From contig NC_043006.1 in the NCBI RefSeq assembly GCF_006345805.1, positions 68,200,001 to 68,264,000 of the forward strand: a stretch of 64,000 bases of DNA, given 5' to 3'. Made by a program: the position numbers and the translations under genes. The notes beneath the pieces were generated by a model that was given only the letters and a program-made list of their open reading frames with translations, did not search any database and was not told the DNA's origin. The DNA is from Octopus sinensis (lineage: Eukaryota). How positions within the stretch are numbered: the stretch's first letter is position 1; every line of letters starts with the position of its first letter. Shown here in pieces: positions 10,154 through 22,773 of this stretch.

Positions 10154-11649
10154 CACACACACACACACACTGTACTTCTGGTTAGACCCGTGTTGCATAA
10201 ACATCACATATTTCAGGTTAGATCTGTCATAATATACAGTATATTTTATGTTAGATCCATATACTATGTATTGCAGGTTAGACCTGTCTAACATATATTA
10301 TGTATTCCATGTTATCGCAGAACAGTTGCATTTCAAAGAGAATGATTAAATAAAATGTTTGCCCAATCTTATCATCACACAAGTGTACGTTGATTGTTTA
10401 ATGAGATACCCCTCTATACAAACACCAAGGTACACAAAGTATATGTGTGTGTGTGTGTGTGAATCAGTTGTTTATATATTCTAAAATTTTGAAGAGTGAT
10501 TGTTATCTCTTGCTATGACCTGATTGACTGTCTGTCCTTGTGAGTCATTGAAACGTTCTCACTGAAACAAATCTATTGTGATTCATTCAAATGATAGCAA
10601 AGAGTTATAGAGAACTTCCCGCTAAAGTAATGGATTCTGTGTGTGGTTAGAGCACTTATATTCCTAATACCAAGAATGCATGCAATAGAAAAAACAAAGA
10701 TATGAGGCTTTCAAATATATTATATTTGAAAGACTCAGATAACTATAATTGATTAAAATTACCTTCCTCCTCTGTAGTGACGAGTAAAAATTATTACCTA
10801 AATGACTTAGTCATGAAAGACAGGGGAGATAACCCTAGAATTTCTAATGAACATAGACTATAGAGGAGTCTGAACCCTTAATAGTAAGGGTGACAACTCT
10901 GGACATGTTTCTATCTTATTAAATCCATCTCACCTCAACATCTACTGTATTCTATATTTAATCAGTTTATATTCTGGGGTTGTTTTCCCACTTCCCTTAA
11001 TTAAAGTTAATCATTAAGCTACTTTTTTTTTTTTCATTAATGTAGCTGTCATTTTAATTAAAAAAAAGAAAGGTCTTATCTTCTTACAAATAAGTATTTA
11101 CTATTAATATGGGTACTGCCATTGTAGATGAAAAATGTTTGCTACTACAAGGCTCAGTTCTTGGTCTTCAATTATATTTCCATTTACATCCAGAATATGT
11201 TATAACCATGATTTTTATAGAGGGAAAGAGCTCCCTCTATAAGAGAGGATTGAAAAGGAGACAGACAAATCATTGTGTTTCAAAGACAAAAAAAAAAGTT
11301 CAAGGTCATTTGAAGCATTTAAAGCTTCTTGAGTTTCTCGTTTCTTGTTTCTTGTTCAACAGTATGGTGATGAGGTGACTTGTGGTAGGATTGAGGTGTT
11401 CCTAGAGAATACAAATGTGATCAGACCCCTTTTATTTCGGGAACTCATATATGCTATACTGCTTTCTGACTGGCATCATTTAATTCATATACTGTTGTTT
11501 TATTAGAATTACTCCCTTTCATCTCAGATTTCTCATAGGCATTTTTATATAATTTTCTCTTTGTCAATTTATAAAATTTACTTTTTTTTTTATTATGGTG
11601 TCCCAGCATGGCTGCGGCCTTCGGGCTAAAACATTTTTAAGGATTTAAG

Positions 11650-12075
11650 GATATAGGTGTAGGAGTGGCTGTGTGGTAAGTAGCTTGCTTACGAACCACA
11701 TGGTTCTGGGTTCAGTCCCACTGTGTGGCATCTTGGGCAAGTGTCTTCTGCTATAGCCTCGGGCCGACCAAAGCCTTGTGAGTGGATTTGGTAGACAGAA
11801 ACTGAAAGTAGCCCATCGTATATATGTATATATATATATACATGTATTTGCATGTATATGTTTGTGTCTGTGTTTGTCCCCCCAACATCGCTTGACAACC
11901 AATGCTGGTGTGTTTACGTCCCTGTAACTTAGCAGTTCAGCAAAAGAGACCAATAGAATAAGTCCTAGGCTTACAAAGAATAAGTCCTGGGGTCGATTTG
12001 CTCGACTAAAGGCTGTGCTCCAGCATGGCCACAGTCAAATGACTGAAACAAGTAAAAGAGTAAAAGAGTAAAGAG
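11650..12075 (+). mobile_element. Full-length SINE family A
   Basis: ATAGGTGTAGGAGTGGCTGTGTGG head through the (TAAAAGAG)n tail; a 3' fragment recurs at 12462-12625. Confidence 0.85.
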
Positions 12076-13534
12076 TATAGTTTAAAATTATTGAAATAAA
12101 ATTAATTTAATTTTTATTCTTTCTGAGTTTTTTTCATATTAACATTTGTTTTGGCTGTAAAATGTGTTGCCTGTTAAAAAAATGTGCTAGCAGGGAAAAT
12201 GTAATAATATTCTTTATAAATTTAAGCTGGAAAAGTGCAGAGCAAGAAGAAATTGTTGCTGAAATAAGATTTGAAATAAAAAATATTACTCTTATTGTAA
12301 CTAACCCCATGAAAAAAGTTCTTTGGTGGCTGATAGGAGGGGCTGGGTTTGAAGTCCTTATATTGATGAAAATGCAATCTGCCTTCCAAAATTTAAAATT
12401 TCTAACTATAGCTGAGCTCACATTTAAGAATACAGAAATATGAGCTCATTTAGTTTCTCTGATGCTGGTGTGTTCACGTCCCAGTAACTTAGCGGTTCAG
12501 CAAAAGAGACCAATAGAATAAGTTCTAGGCTTACAAAGAATAAGTCCTGGGGTCAATTTGCTCGACTAAAGGCGGTGCTCCAGCATGGCCACAGTCAAAT
12601 GACTGAAACAAGTAACAGAGTAAAGAAGAAGGAAAAGGATGTACTCTAACTTGTTTATTAACAGTGAGGTAGGCTATTGTATCCTGTTGGCTGAGAAATA
12701 ATGGTGTGGTGGTTTTAGTGAGATTTAACTTTCCCAACTGAAAAATGGAAATTCATTCCCACTAGGGACAAAAGATTTGGAATCTCTGTTCATGAAATTC
12801 TATAAATCAACACTATTGGACTCTTGATACCCACCAACACTCATGACTTCTATAAAGCTTCATCAACAAACCTCTTTTTTCCAGTGTGCTTAACAGTTAT
12901 CTTCCTCAGACTCAGCATAAAACCATTGAGTATGATCTCAGTTAGATATGTTCATGGAAGGGCTCTAGGAGGTGAAAAAAGTGACCCTTGAAATCTAGTC
13001 ACTTTACCAACATGCAGCTTAAGTACACATTAGTCTTCTCTTAAATCTCTTCCTTACTTTCTTCATCCAAAACCCACTTAAAGGCAAATTATTTAAATTC
13101 AAAATCCATTTTCAGTTGTAATATTTTTAAGCTTCCACTTTTTCTTGTTATGTATTCTTCCAGGTTTAATTAAAAATATTATCACTCCTGCATCTGCATT
13201 TTTCCTGCTTGTATAGATGTAGTACTTTTACAAGAAGAGGGGTGACAGTGACTTCAAAGTTTTTCTCCTACCCTCCCATCTTTGTTGTCCCACTCATTAC
13301 AGCCATTCTCACCTACCTCTGCTACTATTCCTCGCCTTCCCCTCCCTCTCTGTTCTTACACACTGCACATCAGCCCCCTACTTTCTGATCTATCCACAGA
13401 TTCATGATGTTGCTGATCTCCACATCTCTTGTACAGTTTCTTGTCATCTCCTTCTTCCTGAGTCAAGTCTATCTTTCTCACCTCCCCATCAACCACATCT
13501 CTACTCTTTTTATCATTCACTACATCCAACTCTG

Positions 13535-13770
13535 TGGAGGCGCATGGCTTAGTGGTTAAGGTGTTGAACTCATGGTCGTAAGGATGTGGTTTCAATTCCT
13601 GGATCGGGCGACGCATTATGTTCTTGAGCAAAACTCTTCATTTCACATTGCTCCAGTCCACTCAGCTGGCAAAAACGAGTAATCCTGTGGCGGACTGGCA
13701 TTCCGTTCAGGTAGGGAATTTCTACACCACTGAAACTGGGAAACCAGCCCTTATGAGCCTGGCATGGCTT
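13535..13770 (+). mobile_element. SINE family C
   Basis: GGAGGCGCATGGCTTAGTGGTTAAG head and shared core. Confidence 0.75.
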
Positions 13771-14839
13771 GAGAAGGAACATTTATTTTTTTTTACATCC
13801 AACTCTGGTCCCATCTCTAACCATCTGTCACTCCTCTCCCACTTTCCTATGAAATTTCCCATCCTTTCCCTTCCCCACTGATCTACAGGCTATATGTCTC
13901 TCACAGGTTCCCCAACTGTAAGCGATGAAGTTTTATTTTTGTAGTTTTATTTATGGTGCAACGTTGGGGTCGCCAGTTGTGACTGTTGGTAATGCAGTTT
14001 CAGAAGGCAGTGATTCTTTTGTTCGGGGTCACCAAATGTAACAGTTGAGATTGATATTAGTGTAGTTACCAATTGTAATGGGTAAGATTGATTGGTAAAC
14101 AATATAATGGTATAATGGTGTTAGCAGTTGTGACGATAACAATTTGTTGCTATAATTGCTTACTGTAGGATGTGAAAGGTGAACAATGCATGAAGTTTTA
14201 AGAAAGTATTTATTTACCATTACATTACAGCTACCTTGCCCCAATGGGCAGGTTATGATAAATCCAAAAGCATGTGAAGTAAAGTTTGTGTTTGTGTCCT
14301 CTTCATTGTTTAGTAGTAAATACAGAAAGAGATAGAATGATGTTGTAAGAGAACAGAATTAGAGCTAGTGAGAGTAGTAGGTTGTGGGACGTTGTCTCAC
14401 AGTTGCTAACAGTAAACTTCATTTCTCTTGCTGACCAGTATCTTTAGTAGCTGGATTCCTTGTGATCATGATTCTAGCAGTCTGTTCCCTAACTAATTGA
14501 GTTGTCACAATGTGACTAACTAATTTTTGCTTTGGGTATGCTTGCTTACATAACTATCCAGAAGGATAGATATATCATTGAGAACAATAGATTTAGTTGG
14601 TGATCTTGTTATTTCTATCCTGGCTTTTGGTGAAGCAGAAGAGGTTAGAAAGGGTCAAGTGGTGAAGATATTTCGGCCTAGCTAAAGGCATCTGGAAAAT
14701 GTAAAACTGTTGTCAGAGAAAGACCATTGTTCCATTGTGGGAAAAGTTCTGATGCAGTGTTAATTTAAATTTGGCTATGGTGGATCGAATCCACTTCATG
14801 CATGCAAGATCCACTACGTGTATATATATATATATCTGG

Positions 14840-15904
14840 GTAGAAGTAGGGGTCCACCAAAGTTCAGCCCTCAGCCCCCTCTTATTTATCATAGTCCTCC
14901 AGGCAATAACAGAGGAATTCAAGAAAGGTTGCCCCTGGGAGCTCCTCTAAGCTGATGACCTGGCCCTCATAGCAGAATCACTACCAGAACTAGAGAAGAA
15001 ATTTCGGGTGTGGAAGCAAGGTTTAGAATCAAAGGGCCTTAGAGTCAATATTGCGAAGACCAAAGTTCTAGTAAGTAGGAAGGTGAACACATCACACACC
15101 CCTTCAGGTAGGTGGTCTTGCTTGATCTATTGAAAATGGGTAGGTAGAAACTCCATAATATGTACCCAGTGTAAGCTATGGACACATATGAGGTGCAGCA
15201 ACATCAAAGGAAGATTAACCAGGAAGATAACGTTTGTGTGCGGCAGATGCACAGGGGCAATAAACACCACAGATGCTCAGAAAACAGATTCCATCACATG
15301 CCAGGGGGAGAAACTAGAAGTAGTTGATAGCTTCTGCTACCTAGGTGACCAAGTCTGTAGTGGGGGTGGATGCTCAGAGAGTGTTACCACTAGAATAAGA
15401 ATAGCCTGGGTAAAGTTCAGAAAGCTCATACGCCTACTGGTGACAAAAGGCCTCTCACTCAGAGTGAAAGGTAGATTGTATGATGCATGTGTGTGAACTG
15501 CCATGCTTTCCGGCAGTGAAAAATGGACCGTGACTGCTGAAGACATGCATAGGCTCGAAAGAAATGAAGCTAGCATGACCTGCTGGATATGTAATGTCAG
15601 TGTGCACACATGACAGAGTGTAAGCACCCTGAGAGAAAAGTTAGACATAAGAAGCATCAGAAGTGGCATGCAAGAGAGATGTTTGCATTGGTATGGTCAT
15701 GTACTACGGTGGGATGAGGAGAGCTGTGCAAACAAGTGCCACTCCCAAACAGTGGAAGGAATCCAGGGTAGAGGGAGACCCAGGAAGACATGGGATGTGG
15801 TGGTGAAGCATGACCTTCGAACATTGGGCCTCACAGAGGCAATGACAAAAGACCGAGACCTCTGGAGATATGCTGTGACTGAGAAGACCCAGCAAATAGA
15901 GTGA
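14840..15904 (+). mobile_element. 5'-truncated RTE-clade LINE (RT domain to 3' end), inactivated
   Basis: VGVHQSSALSPLLF...WELL*ADDL (YADD became TAA at 14948), PHD-like insert, FCYLGD, GRPRKTW; several stops. Confidence 0.9.
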
Positions 15905-17110
15905 GTTCACAGCTGTAACCTACACCAGTGTTGCACAATCAAGCCACTCAAAAGTACCTTGGATCGTAGGGTGACATGCCATGCTTGAGGAGTCAAGTAC
16001 ATCAAAACCAAAATAAAATGGATATTGTAGTTGTGATCCCTGTGCTGGTGGCACGTAAAAAGCACTATCCAAATGTGGCTGATGCCAGCGCCATCTTGAC
16101 TGGCTTCTGTGCCGGTGGCATATAAAAAGCACCAACTGATCATGGTCATTGCCAGCCCCCTCTGGCCCCTGTTAAAAGCACCCACTACACTCTTGGAGTG
16201 GTTGGCATTAGGAAGGGCATCCAGCTGTAGAAACACTGCCAGATCAGACTGGAGTCTGGTACAGCCTCCTGGCTTCCCAGACCCCAGTTGAACCATCCAA
16301 TCCATGCCAGCATGGAAAATGGACATTAAACGATGATGATGATATATATATATATATAGGCATGACCTTCGAACTTTGGGCCTCACCGAGGAAATGACTA
16401 GTGACCAAGACTTTTGGAAATATGCCGTGTGTGAGAAGACCCGGCAAGCCAAATGAGACCATAATCTCGTGGCCTATGCCAGGGGCGTTACCAGCCCACT
16501 TATGCATGCCTTTTCCTTCTTTGGACACTAAAACTCTGCTTGTGAAGACCTGTTGAGGCAAGTGAAATCAAAAATCAAAATCAAATTCGATGACTGGCGT
16601 CCATGCTAGCAGGGTGCAAAGAGCACCATACAAGTGTGATCATTGACAGATTGGCTAACCGGCTTCCATGCCAGTGACACTTAAAAGGCACCATTCGAGC
16701 GTGATCGTTACCAGCGTCGCATTACTGGCACTAGAGCCCCGTGCTAGTAGGGTATTAAGAGCACCATCCGAGCATGATCGTTGCCAGAGCGGCTGTTTGG
16801 CCTTCGTGCCGGTGGCACATAAAAGACACCATTCGAGCGTGATCGTTACCAGCATCACCTTACTGGCACCCGTGCTGGTGGCATGTGTAAATGATTCAAG
16901 CAAGGTCGTTGCCAGTGCTGCATGACTGGCCCCATGCCGGTGGCATATAAAAGCACCCACTACACTCTCGGAGTGGTTGGCATTAGGAAGGGCATCCAGA
17001 AACTCTGCCAGATCGAGATTGAAGCCTGGTGCAGCCATCTGGTTCACCAGCCCTCAGTCATACGTCCAACCCATGCTAGCATGGAAAGCGGACGTTAAAC
17101 GATGATGATG
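15905..17110 (+). mobile_element. Two tandem RTE-3'-end/SINE D composites
   Basis: Each ends in AAA.CGGACGTTAAACGATGATGAT; internal repeat units present. Confidence 0.75.
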
Positions 17111-17479
17111 ATATATATACATATATATGTATATATATCAAAGAGTGAGAGATAGAGAACGAGTGAGGTGTTACTCATCTCATACCCTGAAGTTCGATGC
17201 ATTGTCTTTATCTGTTTTCTGCTTCACCCCAGTCATTCCACTCCTCTTTTCTAAAATATGAGAAGCCATGTGGCTCCTCTCCAGGGAGAAACCTGTACTG
17301 CTCTGTACCACTCTCTCATACTATTGCCTAGCATATAGCTGCTCCTCTTGAGGTTCATAGTCTTACAAACTGCATAGTGGCATGATAAAGGAATCCAGTA
17401 TATACTGTAGAGTGGTCAGTGTTTGGAAGAGCATCCATCCATAGGATCAAGATGATTGGCAATTTTTTGGGGCTTGAGA

Positions 17480-18490
17480 AGATCAGTCTGTTTCAGTAAA
17501 AATGAGGCCTTAAAAGTATATAATTCATATCTATGCCACTGCACCCAATCTGTCCCTTATGTGTCTCTTTCCCTCAACTTATCTTCCAAATATCCATCCT
17601 TCCATCACTCATGTCCATGGCACTATTCACTCAGCTGCTGTAATTATATAAGAGTGAAACAACACCAAGTTCTTCCTCATCTTCGTGTACTCTCACCCGT
17701 CCTCCATGGAACCACTTCTCTCTGTCTCTTGCATTCTCAGTGTCATCCATTATCATTTTATTTTCCACTGAACACCCCTTTCACCTCCATTTTTTCGCCT
17801 GTACACCCTCTCATTCTGCCAATGACAGCCCCCTCTACCTATGTTCAACTGATATTTCCACCCCTCTGTACCACTGACCTTATCCTTGGTACTGTGCATC
17901 TCTTGCACACCACCCACATTTCACATCACCTGTGCTACCTTCTATTACTTCCACCATCCCCACCATTGACCATGCCTCTATTCACTACATTCGCCTTATC
18001 TCTACCTCTATTCATCTGTCACTCTCCTTTTGCACTCTTGCAAACTTGCCTGCCAGTTCACCCTGTCCAATTCTCTGGACTACTCTTATATTCACTTTCC
18101 AGTAACTTGAATGTGTACCCTAACACATCTTAATCACCATCTCTTGTTTCTAACTGGTTAATCATGTGTCTCCTCTACTGGAAGACACGTGTCTGTTCCA
18201 CTATCATACTGTAACTTCTCATCATCCATCAATATTACATGTACCTCAGTTGAGAGGGTCTTGTCTTGCAGTTTACTTGATCACACTAGTGCTGGTGACA
18301 TTTAAATAATACCCAATACACTCTGTGAAGTTGTTGGTATTAGGAAGGGCATCCAGACAAAATAACCATGCCAGAGAAAAAACTGGAGCTTGCAGTCTTT
18401 TTGGCTTGTTCGCTTCTGCCGAACTGTCCAACCCATGCCTACATGGAAAATGGACGTTAAACAATTGTGACGATGACGACGATGATGATG
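17480..18490 (+). mobile_element. Long degenerate retroelement: pyrimidine-rich body joined to a SINE D-type tail
   Basis: Body resembles 37741-38230 (inverted); ends in a (GAT)n tail. Confidence 0.55.
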
Positions 18491-18639
18491 ATTACCTATC
18501 AATGTATCAACTATTTTCAAGTTTCACTACTTCAGTACATCTTTCATTATTACATTTTAATGTTATATGAAACCATTCACTCTGAACTATTTAATTCAAA
18601 AAGTCCCGAATTGAAATTTTAAATTTTTACTTGTTGCTG

Positions 18640-19295
18640 TCATACAACACGACACCGATATGTTGGATCACCACTCAAATATCTGTTTGCCTACTTCATC
18701 ACACAACGTGTAAACAGCCAATGGATTAATAAACAGTCTTTCTTTAAGGCATGAATCAAATTAGACCAAAAATGGTTAATACGGTATTAATGTCTGTCAG
18801 AAATAATATCCACATGAACTTGAAAGTAGCACAGTAAATAATTTTTTTAGGAAGGTATAAGTGTTGAAAAAATAATCATATATGACAAATAATTATAATT
18901 AATATTTTAGTGCCATTAAAATGTGAATATAACTGTATAATTACACTAATTGATCACTGATAAATATATATTACTACATGTGATGTAATACGGAAAACGA
19001 AAATACGGCTAAGAATAGTTAGATAGAGTCATAACTGCACTCGTGTCTCCGAAGAAGTTTCTTTCACTCGTCTGTTTTGATCTTCATTCTTTACGCCAAA
19101 GTATTTCTTCCAACTTTTTAACTATTTCTGTTCTGGTAAGTTACTTAATTCTTATTGCCCACTCTTTGCTGCTTTATTTAGAGATTTTTGATATTCAGGC
19201 TACTCGAATATTCCAGTATGACAAGAATGATGTCTACCATGAAAATATTTCTTCAGAAATACCAAAGATAATGAGAGAGTTTAAGCTGCTTTGTG

Positions 19296-19328
<33 letters not shown>

Positions 19329-20620
19329 AGGTACTATTTAAGAAGAGCTATGTTTTTTTATTTACTTCTTAAATAGTACCTATATATATTAAATACGCAC
19401 ACTACGACACTCTTATTTTACAAAGAGTTTATCTGCGATGAAATATTGCACATTTCAGTAATATTTTCTCGGTTATACTTTATCTTTTCATGACTACCTA
19501 ATATTCCTACATTTTTTTTCTTTTAATCTATTTTATTTACGTCGTTTTATATCATTTCTGTTACTCTCATCCTATTTAGCCCTTGGTCTGTTCATTTATA
19601 TTAGTCTATATCACTGTCTAGGTAACAAGAGACGCGATACTTGTACAGACACAAAGTTCCTTTCTTTTCCCTTATTTTCCTTCAATAATTCTTCAAACTT
19701 CCCACTCCGTTTTTTACAAAACACTTCCTCTACAAAATAATAATAATAATAATAATAAATAGAAAGAAAACTCAAAATTCCATGAGTCATGTTTCACGAC
19801 AATTACCTAATACGAAAGAAATGATTCCTCCGAGTTCGACCTTGCCTTTCCTCCTTTTGGGGTCGATAAAATAAATTACTAGTCTTGTACTGGGGTCGAT
19901 GTTATCGACTATCCTCTTCTCCCTAAAATTACTAGCCTTGTGCCAAAATTTGACGCAATCATTAAAGAAACTGTTGTTCCTATACTTTTCAATCGAAATA
20001 CTCCCCACACGCCTCAACAACCCTTGTTTATTGTAAATAAAGGGTCTCTAATCAGTTTTGATTGGGAAAGATCAATAGAGGAACATGTATTTGCTGCACT
20101 GCAACGGTCAATCTATTACGTCGAAGTTGTTTGTTTTGACCTGGTTTTGGAGCTGATATTGCACCACATTGGGAAATTTATGTAGACTTTGTTTGTTTGT
20201 GTTAGTCTGAGATGGTCGGGGCAGTACCTTTAATTGTTGTAAGTCCCTCATTGGAATTCTACGCCTAAACACTGCAATGTTAAAGGATAGAGTTTTAGAT
20301 AAAAAAAAAAAAGGAGGTGGGGGACTCTTCCTTTACATTCTTTGCACCATTCTAGTTTCACGCAACACTATTTTTTCATAGACCTGAGGATCTTCCGCTT
20401 AACAATAATATATATATATATATATATAATGCAAAAATACCCTGCAGACTCCTATAGTCAATAAAATAGGGGGGGGGGTGTTCTTTCTCTGCCATGGCCG
20501 GGGGTTCCAGCTGTAGAATATTTTGTACAGTGTAGGTAAGAGTAGAGAGGAGGATTACTTCGAATGTTGTTTAGCCCCGGGTCAGTCCTGATTGAGTAGA
20601 TTTATGATTAAAAGTATTCC
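18640..20620. promoter_or_regulatory. CpG-retaining, largely non-repetitive region; probable ZNF622 promoter and non-coding first exon
   Basis: CpGs visibly more frequent than in the gene bodies; plus-strand donors CTG|GTAAGT (after 19135) and TAG|GTAAGA (about 20536); acceptor-like TTCCAG at 22581 precedes the ATG. Confidence 0.4.
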
Positions 20621-21299
20621 AGTCGTGACTATCCTGCCTTGAATTATTTGGTACTTAAGGCCGGTGCACATAGTGAAATAGATTGCCAGAAATATTTGAA
20701 TGTATTGACTTTAAAATAAAATAGTTAAAATATGGAGTTATCTTTCTTCCATCATCAATTTGTGCTTAATTAAAAAAAAAATGATTTGTATTGATATATC
20801 AAACAGCTTTTCGTTTTACAGCTGGTAATTACGGGCATTGATGTTTTTTTCCCTTTTCTTTAGTTTCATGCTTAACTGTCACAATTCTTTTACCAAATCA
20901 TTCATTTATTTGTTTTGGTTATTGTATAGCCACAGGAGAGCATTTAAACTGGCCATAGCTGGGCCAAATATTCTACCTTTTTAATGTGAATGTGACCAAA
21001 TCCAGCCTTTCACACTTAATGCTACAATGTCATTGTAAAAATAAACAATCACATCATCAAAATATCAAAGCTGTATGATAAAGCATGATTAAATGAAAAC
21101 ATGAATAAATATTATATTTGACAGAGTAATTTGAATGCTAGAGGGCTGAGTGAGAGTATTTTTTAAAAGTCAATCTTTTTTATACGGCATGTTATTACTA
21201 AAAGTAGTTTTGGGATTGTTTTGAACATCAGACATTTGTGATCAGGCAAATTTCCAAAAAAAAAAAATTATGCCACTTTCTTGTGTCTTATCTCGGTTG

Positions 21300-22260
21300 T
21301 AAGTATTCCCTCATTATTCTGGATACACTTCTTATCGTTGATACTCTGGTTCTCTCTCTCACATTCTCTAGTAATCCTGAACACTTCACACCTCTGATGC
21401 TTACATTGTAGGGTATGTGCAAATCTCTTCCCATCTGCCTTGCCCTAAACCAAGTTTATCTGTCACTTAACTGCTCTTCTAACAATTTGATAATGCTCTC
21501 TGCTACATCTTCCTTCCAGGCTTCCCAAATCTATCTCTTAACCTTTACTATTCTTTCAATCATATTATCTTCAGTCTGGCAGGGTCTTTGCATGTCTGAT
21601 TTGTAGCCCTTAGGTTCTTTTCATAGAAAGTCTTGATTGTCATTGATGCTACAGGTATCTTTCTCTCCATACAGTCATATGCATCAAGCAGAATTTCTTT
21701 AGATCTATTCCCTCCTGCAAGCTCTTTTAGTTTTCATATCTTCCTTCTTCACATTGTCTTTTGCATCTGTGTCTTCCTGGCTCTGACTCTGAAATTACTA
21801 ACCACTAATCTATGTTGCATAGTGCATTCTTCCCCTGGAAAGGTTTTGGTATTTACAATAGTCTCTCTCCCATTTCCCGGTGAAAATATAATCTATTTGA
21901 CTTATGTGTTCACCAGATTGGTAGGTGATGAAGTGACTGGCTGGTTTCTTAAAGTGTGCGCTGCAAGTCGTCTTAAAGTGTGCGTTACAGAACTCTCAGA
22001 GCTTTACATCCTCCTTATTTCTCTCACCATAGCCTCTATGTATGTCATGGTGTTTTGGCTTATGTGACCCTTGAAGATGCCAGCCACAATAATGAAATTA
22101 CTGTCATAATCATTGAGGTAGTTTCTTTCTTTTCATCTGTTGATCCTGCTTGTGGTGTGTATGCAGACGTAAATATTTCTGAGTTATCGCTAATTGGTTT
22201 CATCCTAATTGGAAGAGTTTGTGTGTCTTCAGTGATAAATCTGTTTGATCATTAGTTCAT
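21300..22260 (-). mobile_element. Decayed RTE LINE APE-endonuclease fragment
   Basis: Frameshifted SAYTPQAG.TDEKK, IIVAG.FKGHI, FKKPASHFITYQSG..SQIDYI, KTFPGEECTMQHRLVV. Confidence 0.85.
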
Positions 22261-22602
22261 TACAGTCTGTACCTATGAAGAATTAGAAAAGTTGTGTGCT
22301 TTGTCAGCAGTTTGTAGATTTATACATGATTATTTTTTTCCTTTTCAGATGATTAACCATTCTTTCATTTTCCAATATTTGCTACATATGCTGCAATAAG
22401 TGCTGTTTAAACTGTTATCAGTAAATAAATGTGTGTGTGTGAGTACACACGCACAAACAATGTGCTATTGTGTGAAATTCGTTAAATTGCAGTAAACAAC
22501 TCTAGGTTTTGATTTTTGTATTTGAATAATTTATTTATTACACAGTTTTTTTAGTGAATTCATATAATTTATCTATTCCAGTCGGTAGTTTCACCTACCA
22601 GT

Positions 22603-22773
22603 ATGCCACTGTTCACTTGTATCTCTTGTCGAGTGGTGTTTGCTAACTCAGAACTACAAAAAGCTCACTACAGAACAGACTGGCATCGATATAATCTGAA
22701 ACGTAAAGTAGCAGACCTGCCTCCAGTAACTGCAGTAGACTTTCAACACCGAGTTTTAGAACGAAAAGCACAG
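22603..22773 (+). CDS. ZNF622: ZNF622 coding exon 1 (MPLFTCISC...LERKAQ)
   Basis: ATG at 22603; donor CAG|GTAAGT after 22773, phase 0. Confidence 0.95.

Noticed and set aside
17456-18133. 225-aa ORF
   Set aside because: Low-complexity L/S/H/P translation of the pyrimidine-rich body of a repeat found elsewhere in the window; no domain.
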